A stretch of 46,630 nucleotides of DNA from Candidatus Hadarchaeales archaeon (lineage in GTDB: Archaea; Hadarchaeota; Hadarchaeia; Hadarchaeales; Hadarchaeaceae): the NCBI GenBank assembly GCA_038851075.1, contig JAWCLG010000007.1, positions 1-46,630 of the forward strand, given 5' to 3'. Position 1 is the stretch's first letter; each line of letters starts with the position of its first letter. The notes under the pieces are model-generated. The model was not told the origin of the DNA and did no database searches. It was given only the letters and a program-made list of their open reading frames with translations. This document shows, piece after piece, positions 19,043 through 28,482 of this stretch. The position numbers were made by a program, and so were the translations under genes.

Positions 19043-21176
19043 GCCAGCACTTCCATGCTGAAAAAACCTGTCCGTATGACACCCTCCCTCTCCGCACCAT
19101 TCTCTCAAATTCTCTTCTCCAAACAATCTGTGACTCAAGCAGGAAATCCGCTTCAAGTATTTCCTGCCTGCTTTCTGCCGCTGCCGTTTCGCACAGCTTC
19201 CGGTAGATTCTCTCCCTGAACCTCACGTGCTCCAGCACCTCACTAGGGCGTATTCCCCATCTGGATGAAATCGACGAAATGAGTTCGGATCTTCCGCTCA
19301 TGAGGCACACAGACGGCAGTATCCTGTCCTTTGCGGGGTCATAGTAAGCGAGAAGCTCGAATCCGTTCTCCGAAACCGGGTCCTCTCTCCAAGTCTTCTT
19401 GACTGAGGTTACCTGCACGGTTCTTCTAACTCTCTCCACCGAACCCCTCCTCCTTATCGGAGCAAGGGTTATGATGGCATCTGTGGACTTGAAAGATCCC
19501 GGGCTTATTCCCAGATCATGGACGACCCTGTCAAAAACGTCCCTCGCCGAGGCACCGTGTATTGTTCCCATAACGCAGTTTCCGGATGCTCCAACCCTCA
19601 TGGCCTCGTACAGTATGCGGGCCTCCTCTCCTCTCACCTCGCCTAAAACCAGGACCGAATCACCCATTCGAAGCGCGGCACGCAGGGCCTCACCTGCACC
19701 GAGCTCGGGTGACCCGCTTGAAACCGCCGATCTCACCTGCATCGACTGTACCTTGTAACCCAGCTCCCTCATTCTGTCCGTTGGAAGCTCACGCGTGTCC
19801 TCGATCGTTATTATTCTAGATTTGGGAAGCAGCTCGAACATCATCGCGCTCAGCATGGAAGTCTTGCCAGCACCTCTGGTGCCTGTAACCATAACCGTGC
19901 AGCCGGCGTCAACAATTAGACCGATGAGCCCGGCGATTAGGGATGTGATTGAACCCGACGCAATAAGCTGCGGCATCGTCCACGGTGAATTTTTGTGTCT
20001 TCTGAATGCCACGGAAAGCCCCTGCGGACTGAGCGGTGGGCACGTCGCAGAAACTCTGACCTCACCGAGATTCATGTCAAGCACGGGATTCGCTTCCGAG
20101 AAAGGCCTGCCGCTTATCGCCCTCAGTTTGGAAGCCAGCGACTCCGCCTCGTCCGGAGAAAGGTACACGTTGGTAACGCACTCCTGATGCCGGGCATGAC
20201 AGAGATGCACCGGAGTTCGGCCTACAGGTGCATCCACGTATAGATCCTGAACTTCAGGGTCGGAGAGTATCGCCTCAAGTATGCCGAAACCTGCCGTGTA
20301 TCGAGATATGCTTGACGCAAGGACCTGCAGCTCATTTCGCTGAACCCTGAAGCCGCCCTCCACAACGATATCGCAGATGGTCTCCAGTGCCATCCGCTCC
20401 ATCTGTTTCTTACCAAGAACTATGTCGAGATCAGGACGTGGCGGCGACAGGACAATGCGCTCCCTGCACCTTTGAAGCAGGTCCACAATATCTCCTGACA
20501 GCCTGTACTCCTTCGGGATAATGTGGTAAAGGTTTTGTAGCTGAGGAAGACGGTAAATCCTTATCTCGTCCTCGCCAATTTCGTAGGAATCTATCAGCTC
20601 GGCGTCATCGGGAGGTACCAGCCTTATTCTGGAGGTCAGGTAACCTGGCCTTACCAGCGGTTTAACATCTCCAGGATTGCTCACCACACCATTTGATTCA
20701 AGACCCCTGGAAAGAGGCGTGAGGACTTCGCTCAAGAAAAGATTCCTGCATTCCCTGCAAATTTCTGCACCTCTGAGGCTCCTTTGATTTATTTCGTCGA
20801 TCATGCGGCGCAGCACCTTAACTCCGGAAACAGGACTCTCGTAAAGCACGTTGAAAAGATCTTCAAGCGATTTTCTTCTATCTTCCTCGCACTTTGTGCA
20901 TTCGCGAATTGTGAGTGAGGTCGCCGCCCACTTATTGCTCTCCCTCAGCAGGATCGCAAGCTCTTTCAGATCTTTCAGGGCATTACCGACGTACTCGTGC
21001 TCGTATACCCCGGACAGTAATAGAACGTCGACATCGGGCTCTTGTCCAAGCCCCTCCATTACGCCCCTCATACAATTCCTTGAGCTCACAAGGGCTGGTC
21101 CTTTATCGCACCAGCGACACCTGAATCTCAGCGTTTTTTCATTGCCAATACGGTTCACTGTCCACGTGCAGGACAC
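19011..21176 (-). CDS. Type II/IV secretion system ATPase (VirB11/TadA-like) with Cys-rich N-terminal region
   Basis: GTRGAGKTS, IITIEDTREL, ALRMGDSVLVLGEVRGEEA, GTIHG. Confidence 0.9.
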   Translation of the reverse strand: MSCTWTVNRIGNEKTLRFRCRWCDKGPALVSSRNCMRGVMEGLGQEPDVDVLLLSGVYEHEYVGNALKDLKELAILLRESNKWAATSLTIRECTKCEEDRRKSLEDLFNVLYESPVSGVKVLRRMIDEINQRSLRGAEICRECRNLFLSEVLTPLSRGLESNGVVSNPGDVKPLVRPGYLTSRIRLVPPDDAELIDSYEIGEDEIRIYRLPQLQNLYHIIPKEYRLSGDIVDLLQRCRERIVLSPPRPDLDIVLGKKQMERMALETICDIVVEGGFRVQRNELQVLASSISRYTAGFGILEAILSDPEVQDLYVDAPVGRTPVHLCHARHQECVTNVYLSPDEAESLASKLRAISGRPFSEANPVLDMNLGEVRVSATCPPLSPQGLSVAFRRHKNSPWTMPQLIASGSITSLIAGLIGLIVDAGCTVMVTGTRGAGKTSMLSAMMFELLPKSRIITIEDTRELPTDRMRELGYKVQSMQVRSAVSSGSPELGAGEALRAALRMGDSVLVLGEVRGEEARILYEAMRVGASGNCVMGTIHGASARDVFDRVVHDLGISPGSFKSTDAIITLAPIRRRGSVERVRRTVQVTSVKKTWREDPVSENGFELLAYYDPAKDRILPSVCLMSGRSELISSISSRWGIRPSEVLEHVRFRERIYRKLCETAAAESRQEILEADFLLESQIVWRREFERMVRRGRVSYGQVFSAWKCWLEDRLARKGQ

Positions 21177-21358
21177 TGCCCCTCCCTCTCAAAACTGACA
21201 TCATCCGGTCCCAAACCATTCATGAAAACAGAAAGGCTTTTTTCCAAGACTGAAACTCTTCTCTCTATTGCTCTGAGCCTCTGCATCAGAGAGTACATCT
21301 CGTCGGCCATCAGAGATATGCGTCTTCCGTGGTTATGCAGGACCTCGCTGTCAGACAT
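21155..21358 (-). CDS. Small coiled-coil hypothetical protein
   Basis: Overlaps both neighbours in the operon; heptad pattern LMQRLRAIERRVSVLE. Confidence 0.55.
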   Translation of the reverse strand: MSDSEVLHNHGRRISLMADEMYSLMQRLRAIERRVSVLEKSLSVFMNGLGPDDVSFEREGQCPARGQ

Positions 21359-21917
21359 TATCCGTCCCCCTCAGTTCAATTATCTCCAGAAATAGCAGCG
21401 CGATATTCCTCACCCTCTTCGAAATTTCTCCGTCCGCTTTGTCAGAACGTGCGAAGGACTCCCTGAAACGCATCCAGACGGTCTCACCTATTAGGCAGTG
21501 GCGTCTCAGCTCCCAGAATAGATGCTCGGGGTCCACTCCTGCCTCGCTATCTACATCATGCCTGAGCATCGCAACATTGATTCGCCCCTCATTTCTCAGA
21601 AGATAATCCCTTAATCCCAGCAGCCAGTCCTTCAACGCGACCGCATCCCTAAACGCGAATCTTTCCCACTCTGCACGAAGTCTGCCGTCATCATTCGCAC
21701 GTTTCAGGGTTGTCATGAAACGTGCCGCAGAGGATTCCACCTCAGCAACAATTCTCCTAAGTTCACCGCCGGCTTCAAATTTTTTCGCGATCTCAGAGAG
21801 GCCGTTTACTTCAGAAGACATTGAAACCCATCTGTGTTTCATGGAATGCAGATCGGTCTCAGGCACTTTCAGAGCCCTGTCAATCATCTCAACCAACCTC
21901 CTCAGCCGTGGGTGCAT
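21351..21917 (-). CDS. Hypothetical helical protein
   Basis: 188-aa ORF, GGAG SD, overlapping operon arrangement. Confidence 0.6.
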   Translation of the reverse strand: MHPRLRRLVEMIDRALKVPETDLHSMKHRWVSMSSEVNGLSEIAKKFEAGGELRRIVAEVESSAARFMTTLKRANDDGRLRAEWERFAFRDAVALKDWLLGLRDYLLRNEGRINVAMLRHDVDSEAGVDPEHLFWELRRHCLIGETVWMRFRESFARSDKADGEISKRVRNIALLFLEIIELRGTDNV

Positions 21918-22131
21918 CTATCTCCTCCAATCTCTCATTTATCTCAATCAAACGTGCTGAATGTCCAGACGCGCTTTTGAGTATCTCACCCCTGAGATCG
22001 CGTAAAAGCCCCGCTTCTGTTGACTTCAGCACTTCCAGCAACGGGACCGGTCCCATGATCTTGCTCTTTTTAAGTTTTGCAAACAGAAAAGCGTACCAGA
22101 CCACCGCTGCTGCCAGAGTCAGAACAATCAC
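21889..22131 (-). CDS. Small membrane-anchored hypothetical protein
   Basis: N-terminal hydrophobic helix then basic residues; first gene of the ATPase/TadC operon, TATA-like ATATAAAA upstream. Confidence 0.5.
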   Translation of the reverse strand: MIVLTLAAAVVWYAFLFAKLKKSKIMGPVPLLEVLKSTEAGLLRDLRGEILKSASGHSARLIEINERLEEIDAPTAEEVG

Positions 22132-22263
22132 AGCATCTCCCGGCTGCTTTTGCGAGGGAGCGTTTTATATCTGGAAAAAATCTCCACAGAAAACTTGGAT
22201 TGACGCCGCCCGCAATCAATGAAAAATGCTTAAATATGGCAGGACCAAAAATAGATGATAAAC

Positions 22264-22860
22264 ATGAAAAACGAAAAAGGAATGTCGACAATTATCCTAG
22301 TTGCAGCGGTCGTGATTGTGGTCTTTGTTGTTGCGATTGGATACTTCCTGACAGTACAGCCCGGCGGTGGCAAATCTCTAAAATTCGCCGACTTTGAATC
22401 CGCAGGCACTAGCCAGGGCGGAAACAGGGGTATAATGCCCAGCGAGGACCTCATCTCTGAAGAAGATGTCTCGGGTGGATATTCCGGAAAGGCGCTGAAG
22501 CTCACTTACAGCTTTGCAGATGGAGAATGGTGCGGTTACTGGATGTTTTTCAACGCCTCGGAATCTGCGGTTGATGTGAGTGAGTATTCTCACATAAAAA
22601 TGTGGGTGAAAGGAGCTTCTGGAAATGAAATATTCAAACTGGAACTCCAAGACACCTCAGGGGGGCAGAGCTACAAAACAGGAATATCCGTACCGGGCAC
22701 CTCTTGGTCTGAGATAAGCATCCCGCTCTCGGAGTTTACCAAGGTACCATGGGCTGAATCCGCTGCTGACCTTTCTAAGCTGAAACAGGTAAACATAGTC
22801 TTCGACGTTGCACCTAGGAGCGGCACAGCGTACTTTGACGAGATAAGGTTCACTGGTTAA
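22264..22860 (+). CDS. Carbohydrate-binding (CBM11-like beta-sandwich) protein with class III signal peptide
   Basis: NEKG|MSTIILVAAVVIVV; ALKLTY..WCGYW..DVSEY..WVKG..FKLELQD..W.EISIPL..DLSKL..YFDEIRF. Confidence 0.75.
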   Translation: MKNEKGMSTIILVAAVVIVVFVVAIGYFLTVQPGGGKSLKFADFESAGTSQGGNRGIMPSEDLISEEDVSGGYSGKALKLTYSFADGEWCGYWMFFNASESAVDVSEYSHIKMWVKGASGNEIFKLELQDTSGGQSYKTGISVPGTSWSEISIPLSEFTKVPWAESAADLSKLKQVNIVFDVAPRSGTAYFDEIRFTG

Positions 22861-23807
22861 ACTCCGCGCTGGGACCAGTAGGGGTGTTTAAGATCCTCAA
22901 ATGCGGAGGTCGCTGCTACTGCGCCCTCCGCACATGCGACCACAACCTGCCTGGCACCACCTGTAACATCTCCGGCCGCATAAAACTTTTCCACGTTTGT
23001 ACGCTGATTTCTATCAACCACCACGTATCCTTCATTGTTAATATTTGCTCCAAGGATCTTAGCGATGGAACTGTTCGGTTCTGTGCCAACCGAAATGAAA
23101 ACTCCGCTCACCTGGATTTTTCTCCTCGTACCGTTCAACACGTCCTTTATCACAACACCGTCAACGAACCTATCTCCAACTATCTCCTCAACCACCGAAT
23201 TCAGGCACAGCTCAACGTTTTGCAGCGCTTTGACGTTTGCCACCTCAGCCCTGAGCCTTTCCCTTCTATGGATCAGCGTAACTCTGCATCCCATATCTCT
23301 TAGAAAAATCGCATCCACTACCGCTGCATCGCCTCCTCCAACAACCGCAACATTTTTTCCGCGGAACGAGTAGCCGTCGCACATCGGACAGTAAGAGACT
23401 CCTTTTCCGCTGAACTCGGACTCGCCCTTAACCCCGAGCTTCTTTCGGGATGCACCTGTTGCGAGTATCAAGGCACTGGCGCGATATTCTCCATCACCAG
23501 CCACCAGCCTGAAACCATCCCCTAACTTCTCAACTCCAGTGACCTCAGTGAACTCTTTTATTTCGGAGTACCTCCTTGCGTGCGCTTCGAACCTCTCGAG
23601 GAGCCGCTGGCCTGCCACGTTTTCAAATCCCGGATAGTTATCAATCCACGGCACTTCAAACAGGGCCCCTCCAACCTTTCCCTTCTCCAGTATCAGTGTG
23701 CGCAATCCGCATCTGGAACCGTATATCCCAGCTGTCAACCCGGCAGGACCGCCTCCGATTATCACGAGATCGTACATGGGGTGCCCCATAACACCTGAAA
23801 TTCTCAT
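22857..23807 (-). CDS. trxB: Thioredoxin reductase
   Basis: GGGPAGLTA, GVSYCPMCDG (CxxC), GGGDAA, AAGDVTG; ATGA overlap with the HAD gene. Confidence 0.9.
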   Translation of the reverse strand: MRISGVMGHPMYDLVIIGGGPAGLTAGIYGSRCGLRTLILEKGKVGGALFEVPWIDNYPGFENVAGQRLLERFEAHARRYSEIKEFTEVTGVEKLGDGFRLVAGDGEYRASALILATGASRKKLGVKGESEFSGKGVSYCPMCDGYSFRGKNVAVVGGGDAAVVDAIFLRDMGCRVTLIHRRERLRAEVANVKALQNVELCLNSVVEEIVGDRFVDGVVIKDVLNGTRRKIQVSGVFISVGTEPNSSIAKILGANINNEGYVVVDRNQRTNVEKFYAAGDVTGGARQVVVACAEGAVAATSAFEDLKHPYWSQRGV

Positions 23808-24466
23808 GGAGCGCAACCGTCCTCGATCACTATTTTTGCAAACTCCTTCAGATCCCTAACCACGTTCTCGCCCGGTTTAACTCCATCCCTGTCAAGGTAA
23901 AATGAGAGTATGCCTGCCTCTCTGGGCGCGATATAGTCAAACTTCCAGTTATCTCCAACGTGAACGACCCCAGATGGCGATGCTCCGATTTCCGCCAGCA
24001 CTTTGCTATAAACCGCACCGTTGTTCTTCACATGCCCAAAGTCTGATGTCACGGAAAAAAGTCGGTCAACGTATCTTTTAAGTCCTGATTGCGAGAGCTC
24101 CATTTCCGAGAGCTCCCTCGCACCGTTGGTTACCACGATCATCTCATCACACTCTTTTCTGAGGGTTTCCATCACATCGATTACCTCGGGATATGTTCCT
24201 ATAGCATGCTTGCATCTCTCCGCTAATTCCCTCCAGCTCCCAGGAAGATCGAACTCATTCCACCAGTAGTTTATGTCGTACCACTCGAGCCTTTCAATGC
24301 CAACGGAGTCATACCTCCTCTTTATTTCATTCAGCGCGTCAGAAAAGCAGAGCCCCCACCTGCGGGCGTATGATTCTGCCATTCCTCTCGTCCAGAGCGC
24401 CTCCGCAAAGTCCCAGTTTATCAGGGTACCGTCGAGATCAAACGATATCACGCGTTTTGACATCAT
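23804..24466 (-). CDS. HAD superfamily hydrolase
   Basis: FDLDGTL, VVTN, HVGDNWKFD. Confidence 0.88.
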   Translation of the reverse strand: MMSKRVISFDLDGTLINWDFAEALWTRGMAESYARRWGLCFSDALNEIKRRYDSVGIERLEWYDINYWWNEFDLPGSWRELAERCKHAIGTYPEVIDVMETLRKECDEMIVVTNGARELSEMELSQSGLKRYVDRLFSVTSDFGHVKNNGAVYSKVLAEIGASPSGVVHVGDNWKFDYIAPREAGILSFYLDRDGVKPGENVVRDLKEFAKIVIEDGCAP

Positions 24467-24575
24467 TAAGGATAAATCCACCGCTATAAAATAAGCTGTC
24501 GGTGGAATCCTGAAGGGGAACAGTTCGCTCACAATACTTGGAGAGAAATATGAGATAAGGGCAGGACAGTGCCTA

Positions 24576-24986
24576 ATGATTGATGAATCTCAGAAAACGG
24601 TAACTATCAACATTAGAGATCCGGGGCACCGCAGGCGTTTTTTGAGATACCTCAGAAAAACTCTGCTCAGCGAAATAGAACAGGCGATTGACAGACATTC
24701 CCAAAAATTGGGTGTAAAAGTGAAGTGCGTGAGGATAAAAAAGCTCAGAAGAAGATGGGGATCCTGCTCCGAGAACGGCAACATCAACTTCAACCTCTGG
24801 CTGGTTTGTCTCCCGAGAGAACTTATACACTACGTTGCACTTCACGAAGTCGCCCACCTGAAGGAGATGAACCACGGCAGGGGTTTCAGGAGAATAATCA
24901 AAGGAGAAATGGAGAATCACAAAGATTTGGAAAAAAGACTCAGACGGATAAGGGTCTCTCCTCCTGTTTCTCTGATGAGTGGCTGA
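24576..24986 (+). CDS. YgjP/DUF45-like zinc metallopeptidase domain protein
   Basis: RRWGSCS, NINFN, YVALHEVAHL..MNH. Confidence 0.8.
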   Translation: MIDESQKTVTINIRDPGHRRRFLRYLRKTLLSEIEQAIDRHSQKLGVKVKCVRIKKLRRRWGSCSENGNINFNLWLVCLPRELIHYVALHEVAHLKEMNHGRGFRRIIKGEMENHKDLEKRLRRIRVSPPVSLMSG

Positions 24987-25140
24987 TTGAACGCCATTTT
25001 GCATAAGTTCTGCTGACAGGCGCTGGGTGCCTCGTAAACAGAATGTCGGAGCTATTCAGGCTAAGATAATAAATATAACAGCCAGTTTCGAATCTATGGC
25101 AATCTGATTTTTTATTTTTCACGGGCGATGCTGGAATCAC

Positions 25141-26328
25141 CTAGACTGAACGAACACTTCCGGCAACGGATGCTGCCAGACGCGCTGCCGAAGTGCTGCA
25201 CTCGAGAACATATGTCTCCGCCCTCATCAGCTTTTTTATCTGGGATGAGTGTCCCTGAGGGTCGGACTTCGTTCCTATCACAGATGCCACAGCGCAGAGG
25301 TTTCCTCCGCTCTCCTGCACTTTGGACCTCGCCTGCTCTATCGAACGCGCAAGTTCTCCAGCAGGATCCGGATGAGCACCATTTCCAAGAACCACATCCA
25401 GAAGCAGGACAGCAATTTCCCAGTCGCCAGCCTCCCTCAGAATGCGATCACATCTGGGTTTTAAATCCACCATCGGGTTGCCACCCCCGGATATCTCCGG
25501 ATCGCCCATATCGACGCAGGCATGCCCCCTGCTGGAGTGCGGATCCGGAAGCCTCATCCTGGGAAAAACTGGAAAATTAGAGCGCACCGAAAACAGGCGC
25601 TCACATGTTACCAGCTGCGCCTCCGTGCAGAGCATGCCGCCAGAAAAAAGCCCTCTCAGATACCTCTGCCCGTAGCCGAATCTGAAACGTTCCTTCATTG
25701 CTATACCATTGACGTCCAAGTTGTCCTCCAGTCTACCGGTGTCATATCCGCCCAGAGCGAGAGCTTTTAACGCGCAGGCCTCGAAGTTCGGAGTTACATT
25801 TGGCTTTTGAAGCTTTTCGGCTCCAAGCAAACACAATATCACCGGCTTACTGCAATCATTCACATCATTCAGAACCTTTTTGAGCACTCCCGATGTCGGA
25901 GTTCTAGCGGCAATTATTATGAAATCCGTTTCAGGGTCGGATGAAAAAAATTTAAGTGCCATTGATGTTCCCCTAGCACCCACCTTCTGTGAGAGATCTC
26001 TGGGACCAACGCAGATGGAATGCGAAATGCCGGCATCTCTGAGTAACGAAGTCAGTTCAAGAATTCCGCTTCCCCCTGTTGATATCAAACCGAATGGTCC
26101 GCGCCTGACAGAACTCCATACTCCAAAACCCTTGCCGAGCACCATTGATGAGCCACAGCCGGGGCCAAGAACCAGCCCGCCACTCTCCTCTGAAAGCTGC
26201 TTAAGCATGACCTCCTCATCAAGGCTTATATCGGCTCTTGGAAGGACGACAATACATCCTTTTTTTACCTCCTCGACAGCCCTCAGAAAAGCTTCCCTCC
26301 CGCTCCCGGAAATCTCAACGAACTCCAT
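25141..26328 (-). CDS. FdrA-like acyl-CoA synthetase family protein (degenerate)
   Basis: GPGCGS, GPRDLS, RGLFSGG, VDMGD, LLLDVVLGNGAHPDPA. Confidence 0.7.
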   Translation of the reverse strand: MEFVEISGSGREAFLRAVEEVKKGCIVVLPRADISLDEEVMLKQLSEESGGLVLGPGCGSSMVLGKGFGVWSSVRRGPFGLISTGGSGILELTSLLRDAGISHSICVGPRDLSQKVGARGTSMALKFFSSDPETDFIIIAARTPTSGVLKKVLNDVNDCSKPVILCLLGAEKLQKPNVTPNFEACALKALALGGYDTGRLEDNLDVNGIAMKERFRFGYGQRYLRGLFSGGMLCTEAQLVTCERLFSVRSNFPVFPRMRLPDPHSSRGHACVDMGDPEISGGGNPMVDLKPRCDRILREAGDWEIAVLLLDVVLGNGAHPDPAGELARSIEQARSKVQESGGNLCAVASVIGTKSDPQGHSSQIKKLMRAETYVLECSTSAARLAASVAGSVRSV

Positions 26329-26407
26329 CTTCCCCAGATAAATGAAGAAACCACGTTAAAAAACAGATGCGTACTGTTTTTTATTCTTTCAGATTCATTC
26401 TTTTCCG

Positions 26408-27844
26408 GTGTACGGAGTGAAGAAATCTGCGGCAATAATTATTAGTTCATTTATTCTCATAATCCTCGCTCCATCCGCCACCGCACAGGAAAAAACCGCG
26501 GTTTACTCTGTAAACTTCAATTACGAGGTCAAAAACACTGGCATGAACGAAGCTCTGGACGTGAAGATCACGATCCACCTTTTTGACAATATTCACGGAT
26601 GGGCCGATCAGGTTGTGCTGAGCGAAAACCTGAGAATGGACGGAATTCGGATAAGTCCAAACATAACACGGGGGAAGGAAAACAGGTGGACAGAGATAGA
26701 TGTAGGCAGGCTCGAACCGGGTGAGAGCCGAACAATCTCAGTTGCTCAGGTGGTCAAGGTTACTGGTGTTGACTTCAATATAAACCCCGGTAACGTCAGA
26801 GATGATTTCCCAGCGGAGCTGACAGAATACACGAATCCCGTGCCAGGGCTCTTCGAGAGCGATGACTCAAGAATAGCCGGGCTGGCGGGCGAACTGACCT
26901 CCGGTGTGACAAACCCGTACCTGAAATTCAATCGAATATTTGAGTTCATCATCGAAAATTTGAGGTACGAAACACAGGATGCCGATCACGGCGCGCTGTG
27001 GGCTTTCCTGACGAGATACGGAGACTGCACGGAGTTCTCAAACCTGATGATCGCACTGGCAAGGGCGTCAGGGATACCTGCAAAAGCAGTGGTCGGCTAT
27101 GCGTGCAGCTCGGTATACGAGGGACGCGACTCAGGAACTTCATGGATAGGACATGAATATGCGATAGTCTACATGCCAGGATACGGCTGGATACCTGCAG
27201 ATGCTGTCTGGCCAATGCCGTACGGGTCCCTCGGGAGCACTGATCAGTACCGCATTGTCGGTTCCGCAACGGGAGGAGATGGCATTGTCGGGGAGAACGG
27301 CAACATATCCTGGCCCATACCCGGACATGTGTCGAGGACATGGAGATACAGCTCCGGAAGACCGACCACCGTATCTGGAGATATGAACATGAACGTCATT
27401 CCTGAGGTCATGGCAAGGGTAGACCTGAACGCGGAGGGCGAGATAAGGGAGGACACGCTGACGCTGAAACTGACCCTCAAGAACCTCGGAAGATCCTTCA
27501 TTGAAAACATATCATTTTTAATGGATGATGAGCCCGGAATATTCATGGTCTCGGAAACACCGCTCTTCCCGCAGTACCTCGGCGCCGGAGAGGAGTGGAC
27601 GGGCAACTTTAAATTGAAAATACTTGAGAACGGATACGGCGGTACAATCAGCCTTGAGCCGGCAGTGGTGTTCGATTCATCATATCCTGAGATGGCAGGA
27701 ATATGTTCTTCCGGAAAGCTCTCAGTCCAGATACCTGAAAAGCCACCGGCCCAGCATCGTCAGGAGGATATTCTTTTGCCAGTGATAATAGGCGTAATCG
27801 TCGGCATTGCTATTGTCGGACTTGCAATTGCCATCAGGAGATAA
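26408..27844 (+). CDS. Surface-anchored transglutaminase-like (Cys-His-Asp) protein
   Basis: Signal peptide, GDCTEFS..LARASGIPA, GHEY, GWIPAD, C-terminal TM plus RR. Confidence 0.8.
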   Translation: MYGVKKSAAIIISSFILIILAPSATAQEKTAVYSVNFNYEVKNTGMNEALDVKITIHLFDNIHGWADQVVLSENLRMDGIRISPNITRGKENRWTEIDVGRLEPGESRTISVAQVVKVTGVDFNINPGNVRDDFPAELTEYTNPVPGLFESDDSRIAGLAGELTSGVTNPYLKFNRIFEFIIENLRYETQDADHGALWAFLTRYGDCTEFSNLMIALARASGIPAKAVVGYACSSVYEGRDSGTSWIGHEYAIVYMPGYGWIPADAVWPMPYGSLGSTDQYRIVGSATGGDGIVGENGNISWPIPGHVSRTWRYSSGRPTTVSGDMNMNVIPEVMARVDLNAEGEIREDTLTLKLTLKNLGRSFIENISFLMDDEPGIFMVSETPLFPQYLGAGEEWTGNFKLKILENGYGGTISLEPAVVFDSSYPEMAGICSSGKLSVQIPEKPPAQHRQEDILLPVIIGVIVGIAIVGLAIAIRR

Positions 27845-27879
27845 TGATAAAAATATGGGGACCAACTTAAGGTGAGATT

Positions 27880-28482
27880 ATGCACGGATTCACCGGGACT
27901 GTCGTCGGGATAAAATGCGCTGACGGCGTTGTGCTGGCATCAGACACCAGGGGCACAGGATACTACCTCGTGCTCAGCAAGAGCCTCAAAAAGGTCTTCA
28001 GAATAGACGAGAGAATAGGCGCGGCGATTGCGGGGAACTCGGGAGATATACAAACCCTGATAGGACTTTTGAGAGCCGAAGCCAATCTATACCGCATAAA
28101 TCACGGCAGGGCCATATCGACAAAGAGCATCGCAAAAATAGCGTCCAACATCCTTCACGATTACAGAATTTTTCCGTACCTGGCTGACGGAATACTTGGA
28201 GGACTTGACGATGACGGACCGCGTCTCTATTTCATCGACCCCGTGGGAGGAAAACTTGACGAAAATAAATTTGCCAGTGCGGGCAGCGGGTCAACAATAG
28301 CATACGGTGTGCTGGAGCAGCAGTATCGGGGCAACATTCGAGTCGAGGAAGGCGTGAAGCTTGCCGAATCTGCGATAAAGACCGCAATAGAGAGAGACGC
28401 AGCAACTGGTGACAGGGTTGTTGTTGCAGTGATAGATAAGAAAGGTTACAGGGAAATTGAAAATGCGGGGCAGAAAAACTAG
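27880..28482 (+). CDS. psmB: Proteasome subunit beta (atypical N-terminus)
   Basis: VGIKCADGVVLASDTR, KKVFRID, DPVGG, SAGSGS, ERDAATG. Confidence 0.88.
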   Translation: MHGFTGTVVGIKCADGVVLASDTRGTGYYLVLSKSLKKVFRIDERIGAAIAGNSGDIQTLIGLLRAEANLYRINHGRAISTKSIAKIASNILHDYRIFPYLADGILGGLDDDGPRLYFIDPVGGKLDENKFASAGSGSTIAYGVLEQQYRGNIRVEEGVKLAESAIKTAIERDAATGDRVVVAVIDKKGYREIENAGQKN

